Of a DNA stretch of 64,000 bases, positions 25,166-39,600 are shown one piece after another (the stretch's first letter is position 1; every line of letters starts with the position of its first letter). The DNA is from Nemertoderma westbladi (taxonomy: Eukaryota > Animalia > Xenacoelomorpha). Below the pieces are notes generated by a model, which saw nothing but the letters and a program-made list of their open reading frames with translations, did not search any database and was not told the DNA's origin. The stretch is taken from NCBI GenBank assembly GCA_032718475.1, contig JAUCBJ010005407.1, positions 10,239-74,238 of the forward strand. Direction: 5' to 3'. The position numbers and the translations under genes were made by a program.

Positions 25166-25630
25166 AGGTGATACATAAACACTGATACTAATGTGTAGAA
25201 TGGCCGTGCCATTTTACGGGTTATGGAGAATTGAATCATCATAATAAGGTTAACCATTTTTCTACAATTTTTGGCAAAAAATGAGGAAAAATTATGTAAA
25301 AATATTATTTCTCACTTGTTTACTAAACAGGATTTCCCTACATGTTTACTATTACCATAGTTACCTTACCTAACAACGTTAACAAGAGGGTGATCCAAAA
25401 TCACGTGATTCCAATGCTTGCTTTCAGATCCTAAACAGCGAATAGAAGCATCTGGGGAAATATAAGGGGAAATATAATATGAGACGAGTCAAATAAATGT
25501 GATACATCGAATACACTAACTAGTCCTTTAATATTTAACCAAATTTTTTGAAACCAACTTTGTTTGACGCAGCACCTTTGAATCTAAAAATACTCCAGCC
25601 AATTTTTTAAAATATCAATTTTTAATTACA

Positions 25631-25842
25631 TTAATTAATTTTAACTAATTAAATTAATTAATTTTAACTAATTAAATTAATTAATTTTAACTAATTAAAT
25701 TAATTAATTTTAACTAATTAAATTAATTAATTTTAACTAATTAAATTAATTAATTTTAACTAATTAAATTAATTAATTTTAACTAATTAAATTAATTAAT
25801 TTTAACTAATTAAATTAATTAATTTTAACTAATTAAATTAAT
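25631..25842. repeat. 23-bp AT-rich minisatellite (ttaattaattttaactaattaaa)n, about 9 perfect copies
   Basis: The single C in the unit recurs with period 23 (25645, 25668). Confidence 0.95.
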
Positions 25843-26045
25843 CGCTTTATTCTTTACTACCTAATAAAGGCCCGGGCCTATCCCGATTGATTTGATTCCC
25901 TGCACAAAATTCGTAATATTTGAACAAATTTTTTTTCAAAAATGTGCTGGAGAGTTTTTCAAGATCTTCAAAAAACCTCTCAGACGAGCCATAAATCAAC
26001 GAAATTGAGTGAAAATGGTGGAGGAGTGCGGTGGAGATGGAGATC

Positions 26046-29000
26046 TCAGCTGCCCGGAGCCGGTTGCAGGTTCAGCTGCCCGGAGCCGGTTGCCGGCTCA
26101 GCTGCCCGGAGCCGGTTGCCGGTTCAGCTGCCCAGAGCCGGTTGCCGGTTCAGCTGCCCGGAGCCGGTTGCCGGCTCAGCTGCCCGGAGCCGGTTGCCGG
26201 TTCAGCTGCCCAGAGCCGGTTGCCGGTTCAGCTGCCCAGAGCCGGTTGCCGGTTTAGCTGCCCGGAGCCGGTTCAGCTGCCCGGAGCCGGTTCAGCTGCC
26301 CGGAGCCGGTTGCCAGTTCAGCTGCCCGGAGCCGGTTGCCGGTTCAGCTGCCCGGAGCCGGTTGCCGGTTCAGCTGCCCAGAGCCGGTTGCCGGTTCAGC
26401 TGCCCAGAGCCGGTTGCCGGTTCAGCTGCCCAGAGCCGGTTGCCGGTTTAGCTGCCCTGAGCCGGTTGCAGGTTCAGCTGCCCGGAGCCGGTTCAGCTGC
26501 CCGGAGCCGGTTGCCGGTTCAGCTGCCCAGAGCCGGTTGCCGGTTCAGCTGCCCAGAGCCGGTTGCCGGTTCAGCTGCCCGGAGCCGGTTGCCGGTTTAG
26601 CTGCCCTGAGCCGGTTGCAGGTTCAGCTGCCCGGAGCCGGTTCAGCTGCCCGGAGCCGGTTCAGCTGCCCGGAGCCGGTTCAGCTGCCCGGAGCCGGTTG
26701 CCAGTTCAGCTGCCCAGAGCCGGTTGCCGGTTCAGCTGCCCAGAGCCGGTTGCCGGTTTAGCTGCCCTGAGCCGGTTGCAGGTTCAGCTGCCCGGAGCCG
26801 GTTCAGCTGCCCGGAGCCGGTTCAGCTGCCCTGAGCCGGTTGCAGGTTCAGCTGCCCAGAGCCGGTTCAGCTGCCCGGAGCTGGTTCAGCTGCCCGGAGC
26901 CGGTTGCAGGTTTAGCTGCCCAGAGCCGGTTCAGCTGCCCGGAGCTGGTTCAGCTGCCCGGAGCCGGTTGCTGGCTCAGCTGCCCAGAGCCGGTTGCCGG
27001 TTCAGCTGCCCGGAGTCGGTTGCTGGCTCAGCTGCCCAGAGCCAGTTGCCGGCTCAGCTGCCCAGAGCCGGTTGCAGATTCAGCTGCCCGGAGCCGGTTG
27101 CCGGCTCAGCTTCCCGGAGCCGGTTGCCGGTTCAGCTGCCCAGAGCCGGTTGCCGGTTCAGCTGCCCGGAGCCGGTTGCCGGTTCAGCTGCCCAGAGCCG
27201 GTTCAGCTGCACGGAGCCAGTTGCCGGTTCAGTTGCCCAGAGCCGGTTGCCAGTTCAGCTGCCCGAGGCCGGTTGCCGGTTCAGCTGCCCAGAGCCGGTT
27301 GCCGGTTCAGCTGCCGGGAGCCGGTTCAGCTGCCCGGAGCTGGTTGCAGGTTCAGCTGCCCAGAGCCGGTTCAGCTGCCCGGAGCCAGTTGCAGGTTCAG
27401 CTGCCCAGAGCCGGTTCAGCTGCCTGGAGCTGGTTCAGCTGCCCTGAGCCGGTTCAGTTGCCCAGAGCTGGTTGCCGGTTCAGAGGCCCAAAGCCGGTTG
27501 CCGGTTCAGCTGCCCAGAGCCAGTTGCCGGCTCAGCTGCCCGGAGCCAGTTCAGCTGCCCGGAGCCGGTTGCCGGTTCAGCTGCCCGGAGCCGGTTGCAG
27601 GTTCAGCTGCCCGGAGCTGGTTCAGCTGCCCGGAGCTGGTTCAGCTGCCCGGAGCCGGTTGCAGGTTCAGCTGCCCAGAGCCGGTTCAGCTGCCCGGAGC
27701 CGGTTGCCGGTTCAGCTGCCCAGAGTCGGTTGCTGGCTCAGCTGCCCGGAGCCAGTTGCTGGCTCAGCTGCCCAGAGCCGGTTGCCGGCTCAGCTGCCCG
27801 GAACCGGTTGCAAGTTCAGCTGCCCAGAGCCGGTTCAGCTGCCCGGAGCCGGTTGCCGGTTCAGTTGCCCAGAGCTGGTTGCCGGTTCAGCTGACCGGAG
27901 CTGGTTCAGCTGCCCAGAGCCGGTTGCCGGCTCAGCTGCCCGGAGCCAGTTCAGCTGCCCGGAGCCGGTTCAGCTGCCTGGAGCCGGTTGCCGGTTCAGC
28001 AGACCGGAGCCGGTTGCAGGTTCAGCTGCCCGGAGCCAGTTGCCGGTTCAGCTGCACGGAGCCGGTTCAGCTGCCCGGAGCCGGTTCAGCTGCCCAGAGC
28101 CGGTTCAGCTGCCCGGAGCCGGTTGCTGGCTCAGCTGCCCGGAGCCAGTTGCCGGCTCAGCTGCCCAGAGCCAGTTGCAGGTTCAGCTGCCCGGAGCCGG
28201 TTGCCGGCTCAGCTGCCCGGAGCCGGTTGCAGGTTCAGCTGCCCGGAGCAGGTTCAGCTGCCCGGAGCCGGTTGCCGGTTCAGTTGCCCAGAGCCTGTTG
28301 CTGGTTCAGCTGCCCGAAGCTGGTTGCCAGTTCAGCTACCCAGAGCCGGTTGCCGGCTCAGCTGCCCGGAACCGGTTCAGCTGCCCGGAGCCAGTTGCTG
28401 GCTCAGCTGCCCGGAGCCGGTTGCAGGTTCAGCTGCCCAGAGCCGGTTGCAGGTTCAGCTGCCCGGAGCCGGTTCAGCTGCCCAGAGCCGGTTGTAGGTT
28501 CAGCTGCCCAGAGCCGGTTCAGCTGCCCGGAGCTGGTTCAGCTGCCTGGAGCCGGTTGCCGGCTCAGCTGCCCAGAGCTGGTTGCCGGTTCAGCTGCCCG
28601 GAGTCGGTTGCTGGCTCAGCTGCACGGAGTCGGTTGCTGGCTCAGCTGCCCGGAGCCAGTTGCCGGCTCAGCCGCCCGGAGCCGGTTGCAGGTTCAGCTG
28701 CCTGGAGCCGGTTGCCAGCTCAGCTGCCCGGAGCCGGTTGCAGGTTCAGCTGCCCAGAGCTGGTTCAGCTGCCCGGAGCCGGTTGCCGGTTCAGTTGCCC
28801 AGAGCCAGTTGCCGGTTCAGCTGCCCAGAGCCGGTTGCCGCTTCAGCTGCCCAGAGCCGGTTCAGCTTCCCGGAGCCGGTTCAGCTGCCCGGAGCCGGTT
28901 GCCGGTTCAGTTGCCCAGAGCCGGTTCAGCTGCCTGGAGCTGGTTCAGCTGCCCGGAGCCGGTTGCCAGTTCAGCTGCCCAGAGCCGGTTGCCGGTTCAG

Positions 29001-29442
29001 CTGCCCGGAGCCGGTTGCCGGTTCAGCTGCCCAGAGCCGGTTTAGCTGCCCGGAGCCGGTTGCAGGTTCAGCTGCCCAGAGCCGGTTCAGCTGCCCGGAG
29101 CTGGTTCAGCTGCCCGGAGCCGGTTGCCGGTTCAGCTGCCAGGAGCCGGTTGCCGGTTCAGCTGCCCGGGGTCGGTTGCTGGATCAGCTGCCCGGAGCCA
29201 GTTGCCGGCTCAGCTGCCCGGAGCCGGTTGCAGGTTCAGCTGCCCAGAGCCGGTTGCCGGCTCAGCTGCCCGGAGCCGGTTGCAGGTTCAGCTGCCCGGA
29301 GCCGGTTGCCGGTTCAGTTGCCGGCTCAGCTGCCCGGAGCCGGTTCAGCTGCCCGGAGCCGGTTGCCGGTTCAGCTGCCTGGAGCCGGTTCAGCTGCCCG
29401 GAGCCAGTTGCCGGCTCAGCTACCCAGAGCCGGTTGCCGGTT
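26046..29442. repeat. GC-rich minisatellite of mixed 19-bp (cagctgcccggagccggtt) and 26-bp (plus gccggtt) units
   Basis: Read directly; irregular alternation of the two unit lengths. Confidence 0.97.
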
Positions 29443-30189
29443 GGCCTATTTCAAAATTTCGCTACTGGATGGATTCATTGATTGATTTTCTTTTCCAAAT
29501 TAACATTAAAAACAAATTAAACACATGATTTACCACGGTTCCGGTAATAAAGTTTAAAATATGTAAGTTAATGAATGTTAGGTCATGAACCGAGAGTAAT
29601 TCCTGGTGATACAAACATATTTATATTGTAGAGGAGACACTACATAAACAACTACTGTAGGTCATTTATTAGCCATAAATAAGTTCCTGGTGGTGTGGCG
29701 TTGGGATAAAGTCAAATTAAATTAAATAAGCATACTAAAAAATCTAAAAAAGTTTAAAGACTGCTAAAAAATAAATTTGTCGGGCCCCTAAAAAATATAT
29801 TGTTACTAAATTAAAAATTACTGACTCTGAAAATATGATTATTAAAATTAAAGACAGCTGAAAGATATTATTACTACCACATTAATTAAAAATCAAGCTT
29901 AAATTAAATTTATACTGTACAGTATAGTCGTTGCAGCAATTAATTGTGTTCATTAAAAAGTTTTACAACCATTCGTTAAAACAAGAGAAAACGATGAAAT
30001 TGAAGAAATACATTATTATTGTAGGTTTGAAAAGATTAGATGTTATACTGTAGTTGCACCAATTAAGTGATCGTTAAGGTGGAGGCATAGCCTTATGCGG
30101 TAGACCGGGTTTCCATAAGGGTCCCGGTGAATAAATACACATGTGAGATGAGTTAGTTGTAAGTAAACTGGTGAAAAGAGAGATTAAGT

Positions 30190-30570
30190 TAAATGTGTCG
30201 CTGATGTAGAGCACAACACCGAGAATGGAACCCTGGGGGCTGGGGAACCCCATTGTCGTTTGGCAGACGGCTGGAATGCGTTTCTCCTATGGCAACGTAT
30301 TGTTCTCGATTTGACAGATAAGATTCAAACCAGTTGCGGGTGTTCTGTGTAGCTCCCATCGCCCCAAGCTTTTATATGACAGTTTGGCGATCTACACAAT
30401 CAAATGCTTTACTTAAGTTAATTAGCACCATTCCAGTAAGCAGTCCTTTATACGTACGTATATGATTATCTTATAACAAAGGCGAAGACTCAGTTGAACA
30501 TCCTTGCCAATAACTAGACTGTAACGAATTTATAATGTTATTGGAAACCAAGTAATACATACATTGGTCG
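30190..30570 (-). mobile_element. Decayed CR1/L2-type reverse transcriptase fragment
   Basis: Minus-strand translation: GLLTGMVLINLSKAFDCVD...*KLGAMG...NWFESYLSNREQYV...GVP..QGSILG, with a stop and frameshifts. Confidence 0.82.
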
Positions 30571-30648
30571 TATATGATGCCTTCTAGCTCTATGATGACG
30601 GATGCGCGGCTCTATGACGGATGCGCTCTATGATGAATAATGCCGAAA

Positions 30649-33600
30649 GTTACCACAAACTAGGTTGGATTTTTTTACTTATGAGTCGGATTTAGCCACG
30701 AAACAGGTTGGATCATTTTTTTCTTGTAAGTAGGATTTAGTTACCACGAAACAGGTTGGATCCTTTTTTCTTATGAGTCGGATTGAGCCACGAAACAGGT
30801 TGAATCCTTTTTTCTTGTAAGTAGGATTTAGCCACGAAACAGGTTGGATCCTTTTTTCATGCAAGTAGGATTTAGCCACGAACCAGGTTGGATCCTTTTT
30901 TCTTGTAAGTAGGATTTAGCCACGAAACAGGTTGGATCCTTTTTTTTTGTAAGTAGGATTTAGTTACCACGAAACAGGTTGGATCCTTTTTTTTGTAAGT
31001 AGGATTTAGCCACGAAACAGGTTGGATCCTTTTTTCTTGCAAGTAGGATTTAGCCACGAACCAGGTTGGATCCTTTTTTCTTGTAAGTAGGATTTAGCCA
31101 CGAATCAGGTTGGATCCTTTTTTTTTGTAAGTAGGATTTAGTTACCACGAAACAGGTTGGATCCTTTTTTTTGTAAGTCGGATTAAGCCACGAAACAGGT
31201 TGGATCCGTTTTTCTTATGAGTCGGATTTAGCCACGAAACAGGTTGGATCCTTTTTTTGTAAGTAGGATTTAGTTACCACGAAACAGGTTGGATCCTTTT
31301 TTTTGTAAGTAGGATTTAGCCACGAAACAGGTTGGATCCTTTTTTCTTGCAAGTAGGATTTAGCCACGAAACAGGTTTGATCCTTTTTTCTTGCAAGTAG
31401 GATTTAGCCATGAACCAGGTTGGATCCTTTTTTCTTGTAAGTAGGATTTAGCCACGAAACAGGTTGGATCCTTTTTTTTTGTAAGTAGGATTTAGTTACC
31501 ACGAAACAGGTTGGATCCTTTTTTTTTGTAAGTCGGATTAAGCCACGAAACAGGTTGGAACCTTTTTTCTTATGAGTCGGATTTAGCCACGAAACAGGTT
31601 GGATCCTTTTTTTGTAAGTAGGATTTAGTTACCACGAAACAGGTTGGATCCTTTTTTTTTGTAAGTCGGATTTAGCCACGAAACAGGTTGGATCCTTTTT
31701 TCTTGTAAGTATGATTTAGCCATGAAACAGGTTGGATTCTTTTTTCTTATGAGTCGGATTTAGCCACAAAACAGGTTGGATCCTTTTTTTTGTAAGTAGG
31801 ATTTAGTTACCACGAAACAGGTTGGATCCTTTTTTCTTGTAAGTAGGATTTAGCCACGAAACAGGTAGGATCCTTTTTTCTTGTAAGTAGGATTTAGCCA
31901 CGAACCAGGTTGGATCCTTTTTTCTTGTAAGTTACCACGAACCAGGTTGGATCTTTTTTCTTGTAAGAAGGATTTAGCCACAAACCAGGTTGGATCCTTT
32001 CTTCTTGTAAGTTACCACGAACCAGGTTGGATCCTTTTTTCTTGTAAGTAGGATTTAGCCACGAACCAGGTTGGATGCTTTTTTCTTGTAAGTAGGATTT
32101 AGCCACGAAACAGGTAGGATCCTTTTTTCTTGTAAGTAGCCATGAACCAGGTTGGATCCTTTTTTCTTGTAAGTTACCACTAAACAGATTGGATCCTTTT
32201 TCTTGTAAGTAGGATTTAGCCACAAACCAGGTTGGATCCTTTTTTCTTATAAGTTACCACGAACCAGGTTGGATCCTTTTTCTTGTAAGTAGGATTTAGC
32301 CACAAACCAGGTTGGATCCTTTTTTCTTGTAAGTTACCACGAACCAGGTTGGATCCTTTTTTCTTGTAAGTAGGATTTAGCCACGAACCAGGTTGGATCC
32401 TTTTTTCTTGTAGGTAGGATTTAGCCATGAACCAGGTTGGATCCTTTTTTCTTGTAGGTAGGATTTAGCCACGAACCAGGTTGGATTCATTTTTCTTGTA
32501 AGTAGGATTTAGCCACGAACCAGGTTGGATCCTTTTTTCTTGTAAGTTACCACGAACCAGGTTGGATCCTTGTTTCTTGTAAGTAGGATTTAGTCACGAA
32601 CCAGGTTGGATCCTTTTTTCTTGTAGGTAGGATTTATCCACGCACCAGGTTGGATTCATTTTTCTTGTAAGTAGGATTTAGCCACGAACCAGGTTGGATC
32701 CTTTTTTCTTGTAAGTTACCACGAACCAGGTTGGATCCTTTTTTCTTGTAAGTTACCACGAACCAGGTTGGATCCTTTTTTCTTGTAAGTAGGATTTAGC
32801 CACGAACCAGGTTGGATCCTTTTTTCTTGTAGGTAGGATTTAGCCACGAACCAGGTTGGATCCTTTTTTCTTGTAGGTAGGATTTAGCCACGAAACAGGT
32901 TGGATCCTTTTTTCTTGTAAGTAGGATTTATCCACGAACCAGGTTGGATCCTTTTTTCTTGTAGGTAGGATTTAGCCACGAAACAGGTAGGATCCTTTTT
33001 TCTTGTAAGTTACCACGAACCAGGTTGGATCCTTTTTTCTTGTAAGTAGGATTTAGCCACGAACCAGGTTGGATCCCTTTTTCTTGTAAGTAGGATTTAG
33101 CCACGAAACAGGTAGGATCCTTTTTTCTTGTAAGTAGCATTTAGCCACGAACCAGGTTGGATCCTTTTTTCTTGTAAGTTACCGGTACCACTAAACAGAT
33201 TGGATCCTTTTTCTTGTAAGTAGGATTTAGCCACAAACCAGGTTGGATCCTTTTTTCTGGTAAGTTACCACGAACCAGGTTGGATCCTTTTTCTTGTAAG
33301 TAGGATTTAGCCACAAACCAGGTTGGATCCTTTTTTCTTGTAGGTAGGATTTAGCCACGCACCAGGTTGGATTCATTTTTCTTGTAAGTAGGATTTAGCC
33401 ACGAACCAGGTTGGATCCTTTTTTCTTGTAAGTTACCACGAACCAGGTTGGATCCTTTTTCTTGTAAGTAGGATTTAGCCACAAACCAGGTTGGATCCTT
33501 TTTTCTTGTAAGTTACCACGAACCTGGTTGGATCCTTTTTTCTTGTAAGTAGGATTTAGCCACGAACCAGGTTGGATCCTTTTTTCTTGTAGGTAGGATT

Positions 33601-36600
33601 TAGCCACGAACCAGGTTGGATCCTTTTTTCTTGTAGGTAGGATTTAGCCACGAAACAGGTTGGATCCTTTTTTCTTGTAAGTAGGATTTATCCACGAACC
33701 AGGTTGGATCCTTTTTTCTTGTAGGTAGGATTTAGCCACAAACCACGTTGGGTCCATTTTTCTTGTAGGTAGGATTTAGCCACAAAACAGGTAGGATCCT
33801 TTTTTCTTGTAAGTTACCACGAACCAGGTTGGATCCTTTTTTCTTGTAAGTAGGATTTAGCCACGAACCAGGTTGGATCCCTTTTTCTTGTAAGTAGGAT
33901 TTAGCCACGAAACAGGTAGGATCCTTTTTTCTTGTAAGTAGCATTTAGCCACGAACCAGGTTGGATCCTTTTTTCTTGTAAGTTACCGGTACCACTAAAC
34001 AGATTGGATCCTTTTTCTTGTAAGTAGGATTTAGCCACAAACCAGGTTGGATCCTTTTTTCTTGTAAGTTACCACGAACCAGGTTGGATCCTTTTTTCTT
34101 GTAAGTAGCATTTAGCCACGAACCAGGTTGGATCCTTTTTTCTTGTAGGTAGGATTTAGCCACGAACCAGGTTGGATCCTTTTTTCTTGTAGGTAGGATT
34201 TAGCCACGAACCAGGTTGGATCCTTTTTTCTTGTAGGTAGGATTTAGCCACGAACCAGGTTGGATTCATTTTTCTTATAAGTAGGATTTAGCCACGAGCC
34301 AGGTTGGATCCTTTTTTCTTGTAAGTAGGATTTAGCCACGAACCAGGTTGGATCCTTTTTTCTTGTAAGTTACCGGTACCACTAAACAGATTGGATCCTT
34401 TTTCTTGTAAGTAGGATTTAGCCACAAACCAGGTTGGATCCTTTTTTCTTGTAAGTTACCACGAACCAGGTTGGATCCTTTTTTCTTGTAAGTAGCATTT
34501 AGCCACGAACCAGGTTGGATCCTTTTTTCTTGTAGGTAGGATTTAGCCACGAACCAGGTTGGATCCTTTTTTCTTGTAGGTAGGATTTAGCCACGAACCA
34601 GGTTGGATCCTTTTTTCTTGTAGGTAGGATTTAGCCACGAACCAGGTTGGATTCATTTTTCTTATAAGTAGGATTTAGCCACGAGCCAGGTTGGATCCTT
34701 TTTTCTTGTAAGTAGGATTTAGCCACGAACCAGGTTGGATCCTTTTTTCTTGTAAGTTACCGGTACCACTAAACAGATTGGATCCTTTTTCTTGTAAGTA
34801 GGATTTAGCCACAAACCAGGTTGGATCCTTTTTTCTTGTAAGTTACCACGAACCAGGTTGGATCCTTTTTCTTGTAAGTAGGATTTAGCCACAAACCAGG
34901 TTGGATCCTTTTTTCTTGTAAGTTACCACGAACCAGGTTGGATCCTTTTTTCTTGTAAGTAGGATTTAGCCACGAACCAGGTTGGATCCTTTTTTCTTGT
35001 AAGTAGGATTTAGCCACGAAACAGGTAGGATCCTTTTTTCTTGTAAGTAGCCACGAACCAGGTTGGATCCTTTTTTCTTGTAAGTTACCACTAAACAGAT
35101 GGATCCTTTTTCTTGTAAGTAGGATTTAGCCACAAACCAGGTTGGATCCTTTTTTCTTGTAAGTTACCACGAACCAGGTTGGATCCTTTTTCTTGTAAGT
35201 AGGATTTAGCCACAAACCAGGTTGGATCCTTTTTTCTTGTAAGTTACCACGAACCAGGTTGGATCCTTTTTTCTTGTAAGTAGGATTTAGCCACGAACCA
35301 GGTTGGATCCTTTTTTCTTGTAGGTAGGATTTAGCCACGAACCAGGTTGGATCCTTTTTTCTTGTAGGTAGGATTTAGCCACGAACCAGGTTGGATCTTT
35401 TTTCTTGTAGGTAGGATTTAGCCACGCACCAGGTTGGATTCATTTTTCTTGTAAGTAGGATTTAGCCACAAACCAGGTTGGATCCTTTTTTCTTGTAAGT
35501 TACCACGAACCAGGTTGGATCCTTTTTTCTTGTAAGTAGGATTTAGCCACGAACCAGGTTGGATCCTTTTTTCTTGTAAGTAGCCACGAACCAGGTTGGA
35601 TCCTTTTTTCTTGTAAGTTACCACTATAAGATGGATCCTTTTTCTTGTAAGTAGGATTTAGCCACAAACCAGGTTGGATCCTTTTTTCTTGTAAGTTACC
35701 ACGAACCAGGTTGGATCCTTTTTCTTGTAAGTAGGATTTAGCCACAAACCAGGTTGGATCCTTTTTTCTTGTAAGTTACCACGAACCAGGTTGGATCCTT
35801 TTTTCTTGTAAGTAGGATTTAGCCACGAACCAGGTTGGATCCTTTTTTCTTGTAAGTAGGATTTAGCCACGAAACAGGTAGGATCCTTTTTTCTTGTAAG
35901 TAGCCACGAACCAGGTTGGATCCTTTTTTCTTGTAAGTTACCACTAAACAGATGGATCCTTTTTCTTGTAAGTAGGATTTAGCCACAAACCAGGTTGGAT
36001 CCTTTTTTCTTGTAAGTTACCACGAACCAGGTTGGATCCTTTTTCTTGTAAGTAGGATTTAGCCACAAACCAGGTTGGATCCTTTTTTCTTGTAAGTTAC
36101 CACGAACCAGGTTGGATCCTTTTTTCTTGTAAGTAGGATTTAGCCACGAACCAGGTTGGATCCTTTTTTCTTGTAGGTAGGATTTAGCCACGAACCAGGT
36201 TGGATCCTTTTTTCTTGTAGGTAGGATTTAGCCACGAACCAGGTTGGATCTTTTTTCTTGTAGGTAGGATTTAGCCACGCACCAGGTTGGATTCATTTTT
36301 CTTGTAAGTAGGATTTAGCCACAAACCAGGTTGGATCCTTTTTTCTTGTAAGTTACCACGAACCAGGTTGGATCCTTTTTTCTTGTAAGTAGGATTTAGC
36401 CACGAACCAGGTTGGATCCTTTTTTCTTGTAAGTAGCCACGAACCAGGTTGGATCCTTTTTTCTTGTAAGTTACCACTATAAGATGGATCCTTTTTCTTG
36501 TAAGTAGGATTTAGCCACAAACCAGGTTGGATCCTTTTTTCTTGTAAGTTACCACGAACCAGGTTGGATCCTTTTTCTTGTAAGTAGGATTTAGCCACAA

Positions 36601-39600
36601 ACCAGGTTGGATCCTTTTTTCTTGTAAGTTACCACGAACCAGGTTGGATCCTTTTTTCTTGTAAGTAGGATTTAGCCACGAACCAGGTTGGATCCTTTTT
36701 TCTTGTAGGTAGGATTTAGCCACGAACCAGGTTGGATCCTTTTTTCTTGTAGGTAGGATTTAGCCACGAACCAGGTTGGATTCATTTTTCTTGTAAGTAG
36801 GATTTAGCCACGAACCAGGTTGGATCCTTTTTTCTTGTAAGTTACCACGAACCAGGTTGGATCCTTTTTTCTTGTAAGTAGGATTTAGTCACGAACCAGG
36901 TTGGATCCTTTTTTCTTGTAGGTAGGATTTAGCCACGCACCAGGTTGGATTCATTTTTCTTGTAAGTAGGATTTAGCCACGAACCAGGTTGGATCCTTTT
37001 TTCTTGTAAGTTACCACGAACCAGGTTGGATCCTTTTTCTTGTAAGTAGGATTTAGCCACAAACCAGGTTGGATCCTTTTTTCTTGTAAGTTACAACGAA
37101 CCAGGTTGGATCCTTTTTTCTTGTAAGTAGGATTTAGCCACGAACCAGGTTGGATCCTTTTTTCTTGTAGGTAGGATTTAGCCACGAACCAGGTTGGATC
37201 CTTTTTTCTTGTAGGTAGGATTTAGCCACGAAACAGGTTGGATCCTTTTTTCTTGTAAGTAGGATTTATCCACGAACCAGGTTGGATCCTTTTTTCTTGT
37301 AGGTAGGATTTAGCCACAAACCAGGTTGGGTCCATTTTTCTTGTAGGTAGGATTTAGCCACGAAACAGGTAGGATCCTTTTTTCTTGTAAGTTACCACGA
37401 ACCAGGTTGGATCCTTTTTTCTTGTAAGTAGGATTTAGCCACGAACCAGGTTGGATCCCTTTTTCTTGTAAGTAGGATTTAGCCACGAAACAGGTAGGAT
37501 CCTTTTTTCTTGTAAGTAGCATTTAGCCACGAACCAGGTTCGATCCTTTTTTCTTGTAAGTTACCGGTACCACTAAACAGATTGGATCCTTTTTCTTGTA
37601 AGTAGGATTTAGCCACAAACCAGGTTGGATCCTTTTTTCTTGTAAGTTACCACGAACCAGGTTGGATCCTTTTTCTTGTAAGTAGGATTTAGCCACAAAC
37701 CAGGTTGGATCCTTTTTTCTTGTAAGTTACCACGAACCAGGTTGGATCCTTTTTTCTTGTAAGTAGGATTTAGCCACGAACCAGGTTGGATCCTTTTTTC
37801 TTGTAAGTAGGATTTAGCCACGAAACAGGTAGGATCCTTTTTTCTTGTAAGTAGCCACGAACCAGGTTGGATCCTTTTTTCTTGTAAGTTACCACTAAAC
37901 AGATGGATCCTTTTTCTTGTAAGTAGGATTTAGCCACAAACCAGGTTGGATCCTTTTTTCTTGTAAGTTACCACGAACCAGGTTGGATCCTTTTTTCTTG
38001 TAAGTAGGATTTAGCCACGAACCAGGTTGGATCCTTTTTTCTTGTAGGTAGGATTTAGCCACGAACCAGGTTGGATCCTTTTTTCTTGTAGGTAGGATTT
38101 AGCCACGAACCAGGTTGGATTCATTTTTCTTATAAGTAGGATTTAGCCACGAACCAGGTTGGATCCTTTTTTCTTGTAAGTAGGATTTAGCCACGAACCA
38201 GGTTGGATCTTTTTTCTTGTAGGTAGGATTTAGCCACGCACCAGGTTGGATTCATTTTTCTTGTAAGTAGGATTTAGCCACGAACCAGGTTGGATCCTTT
38301 TTTCTTGTAAGTTACCACGAACCAGGTTGGATCCTTTTTCTTGTAAGTAGGATTTAGCCACAAGCCAGGTTGGATCCTTTTTTCTTGTAAGTTACCAAGA
38401 ACCAGGTTGGATCCTTTTTTCTTGTAAGTAGGATTTAGCCACGAACCAGGTTGGATCCTTTTTTCTTGTAGGTAGGATTTAGCCACGAACCAGGTTGGAT
38501 CCTTTTTTCTTGTAGGTAGGATTTAGCCACGAAACAGGTTGGATCCTTTTTTCTTGTAAGTAGGATTTATCCACGAACCAGGTTGGATCCTTTTTTCTTG
38601 TAGGTAGGAATTAGCCACGAACCAGGTTGGATCCTTTTTTCTTGTAGGTAGGATTTAGCCACGAACCAGGTTGGATCCTTTTTTCTTGTAAGTTACCACG
38701 AACCAGGTTGGATCCTTTTTTCTCGTAAGTAGGATTTAGCCACGAACCAGATGGGTCCTTTTTTTTGTAAGTAGGATTTAGCCACGAACCAGGTAGGATC
38801 CTTTTTTCTTGTAAGTAGGATTTAGCCACGAACCAGATGGGTCCTTTTTTTTGTAGGTAGGATTTAGCCACGAACCAGGTAGGATCCTTTTTTCTTGTAA
38901 GTAGGATTCAGCCACGAACCAGGTTGGATCCTTTTTTCTTGTAAGTTACCACGAACCAGGTTGGATCCTTTTTTCTTGTAAGTAGGATTTAGCCACGAAC
39001 CAGATGGGTCCTTTTTTTTGTAAGTAGGATTTAGCCACGAACCAGGTAGGATCCTTTTTCCTTGTAAGTTACCAGGAACCAGGTTGGATCCTTTTTTCTT
39101 GTAAGTAGGATTTAGCCACGAACCAGATTGGTCCTTTTTTTTGTAAGTAGGATTTAGCCACGAACCAGGTAGGATCCTTTTTTCTTGTAAGTAGGATTTA
39201 GCCACGAACCAGGTAGGATCCTTTTTTCTTGTAAGTTGGATTTAGCCACGAACCAGGTTGGATCCTTTTTTCTTGTAAGTTACCACGAACCAGGTTGGAT
39301 CCTTTTTTTTTGTAAGTAGGATTTAGCCACGAACCAGGTTGGATCCTTTTTTCTTGTAGGTAGGATTTAGCCACAAACAAGGTTGGATCCTTTTTTCTTG
39401 TAAGTTACCACGAACCAGGTTGGATCCTTTTTTCTTGTAAGTAGGATTTAGCCATGAACCAGGTTGGATCCTTTTTTTTCGTAAGTAGGATTTAGCCACG
39501 AACCAGGTAGGATCCTTTTTTCTTGTAGGTAGGATTTAGCCACGAAGAAGGTTGGATCCTTTTTTCTTGTAGGTAGAATTTAGCCACGAACCAGGTTGGA

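Noticed and set aside
25942-29528. Long ORFs (up to 881 aa) rich in CPEPVAGSAA
   Set aside because: Products of a stop-poor GC-rich 19/26-bp minisatellite; unit lengths are not multiples of three and overlapping frames are equally open.
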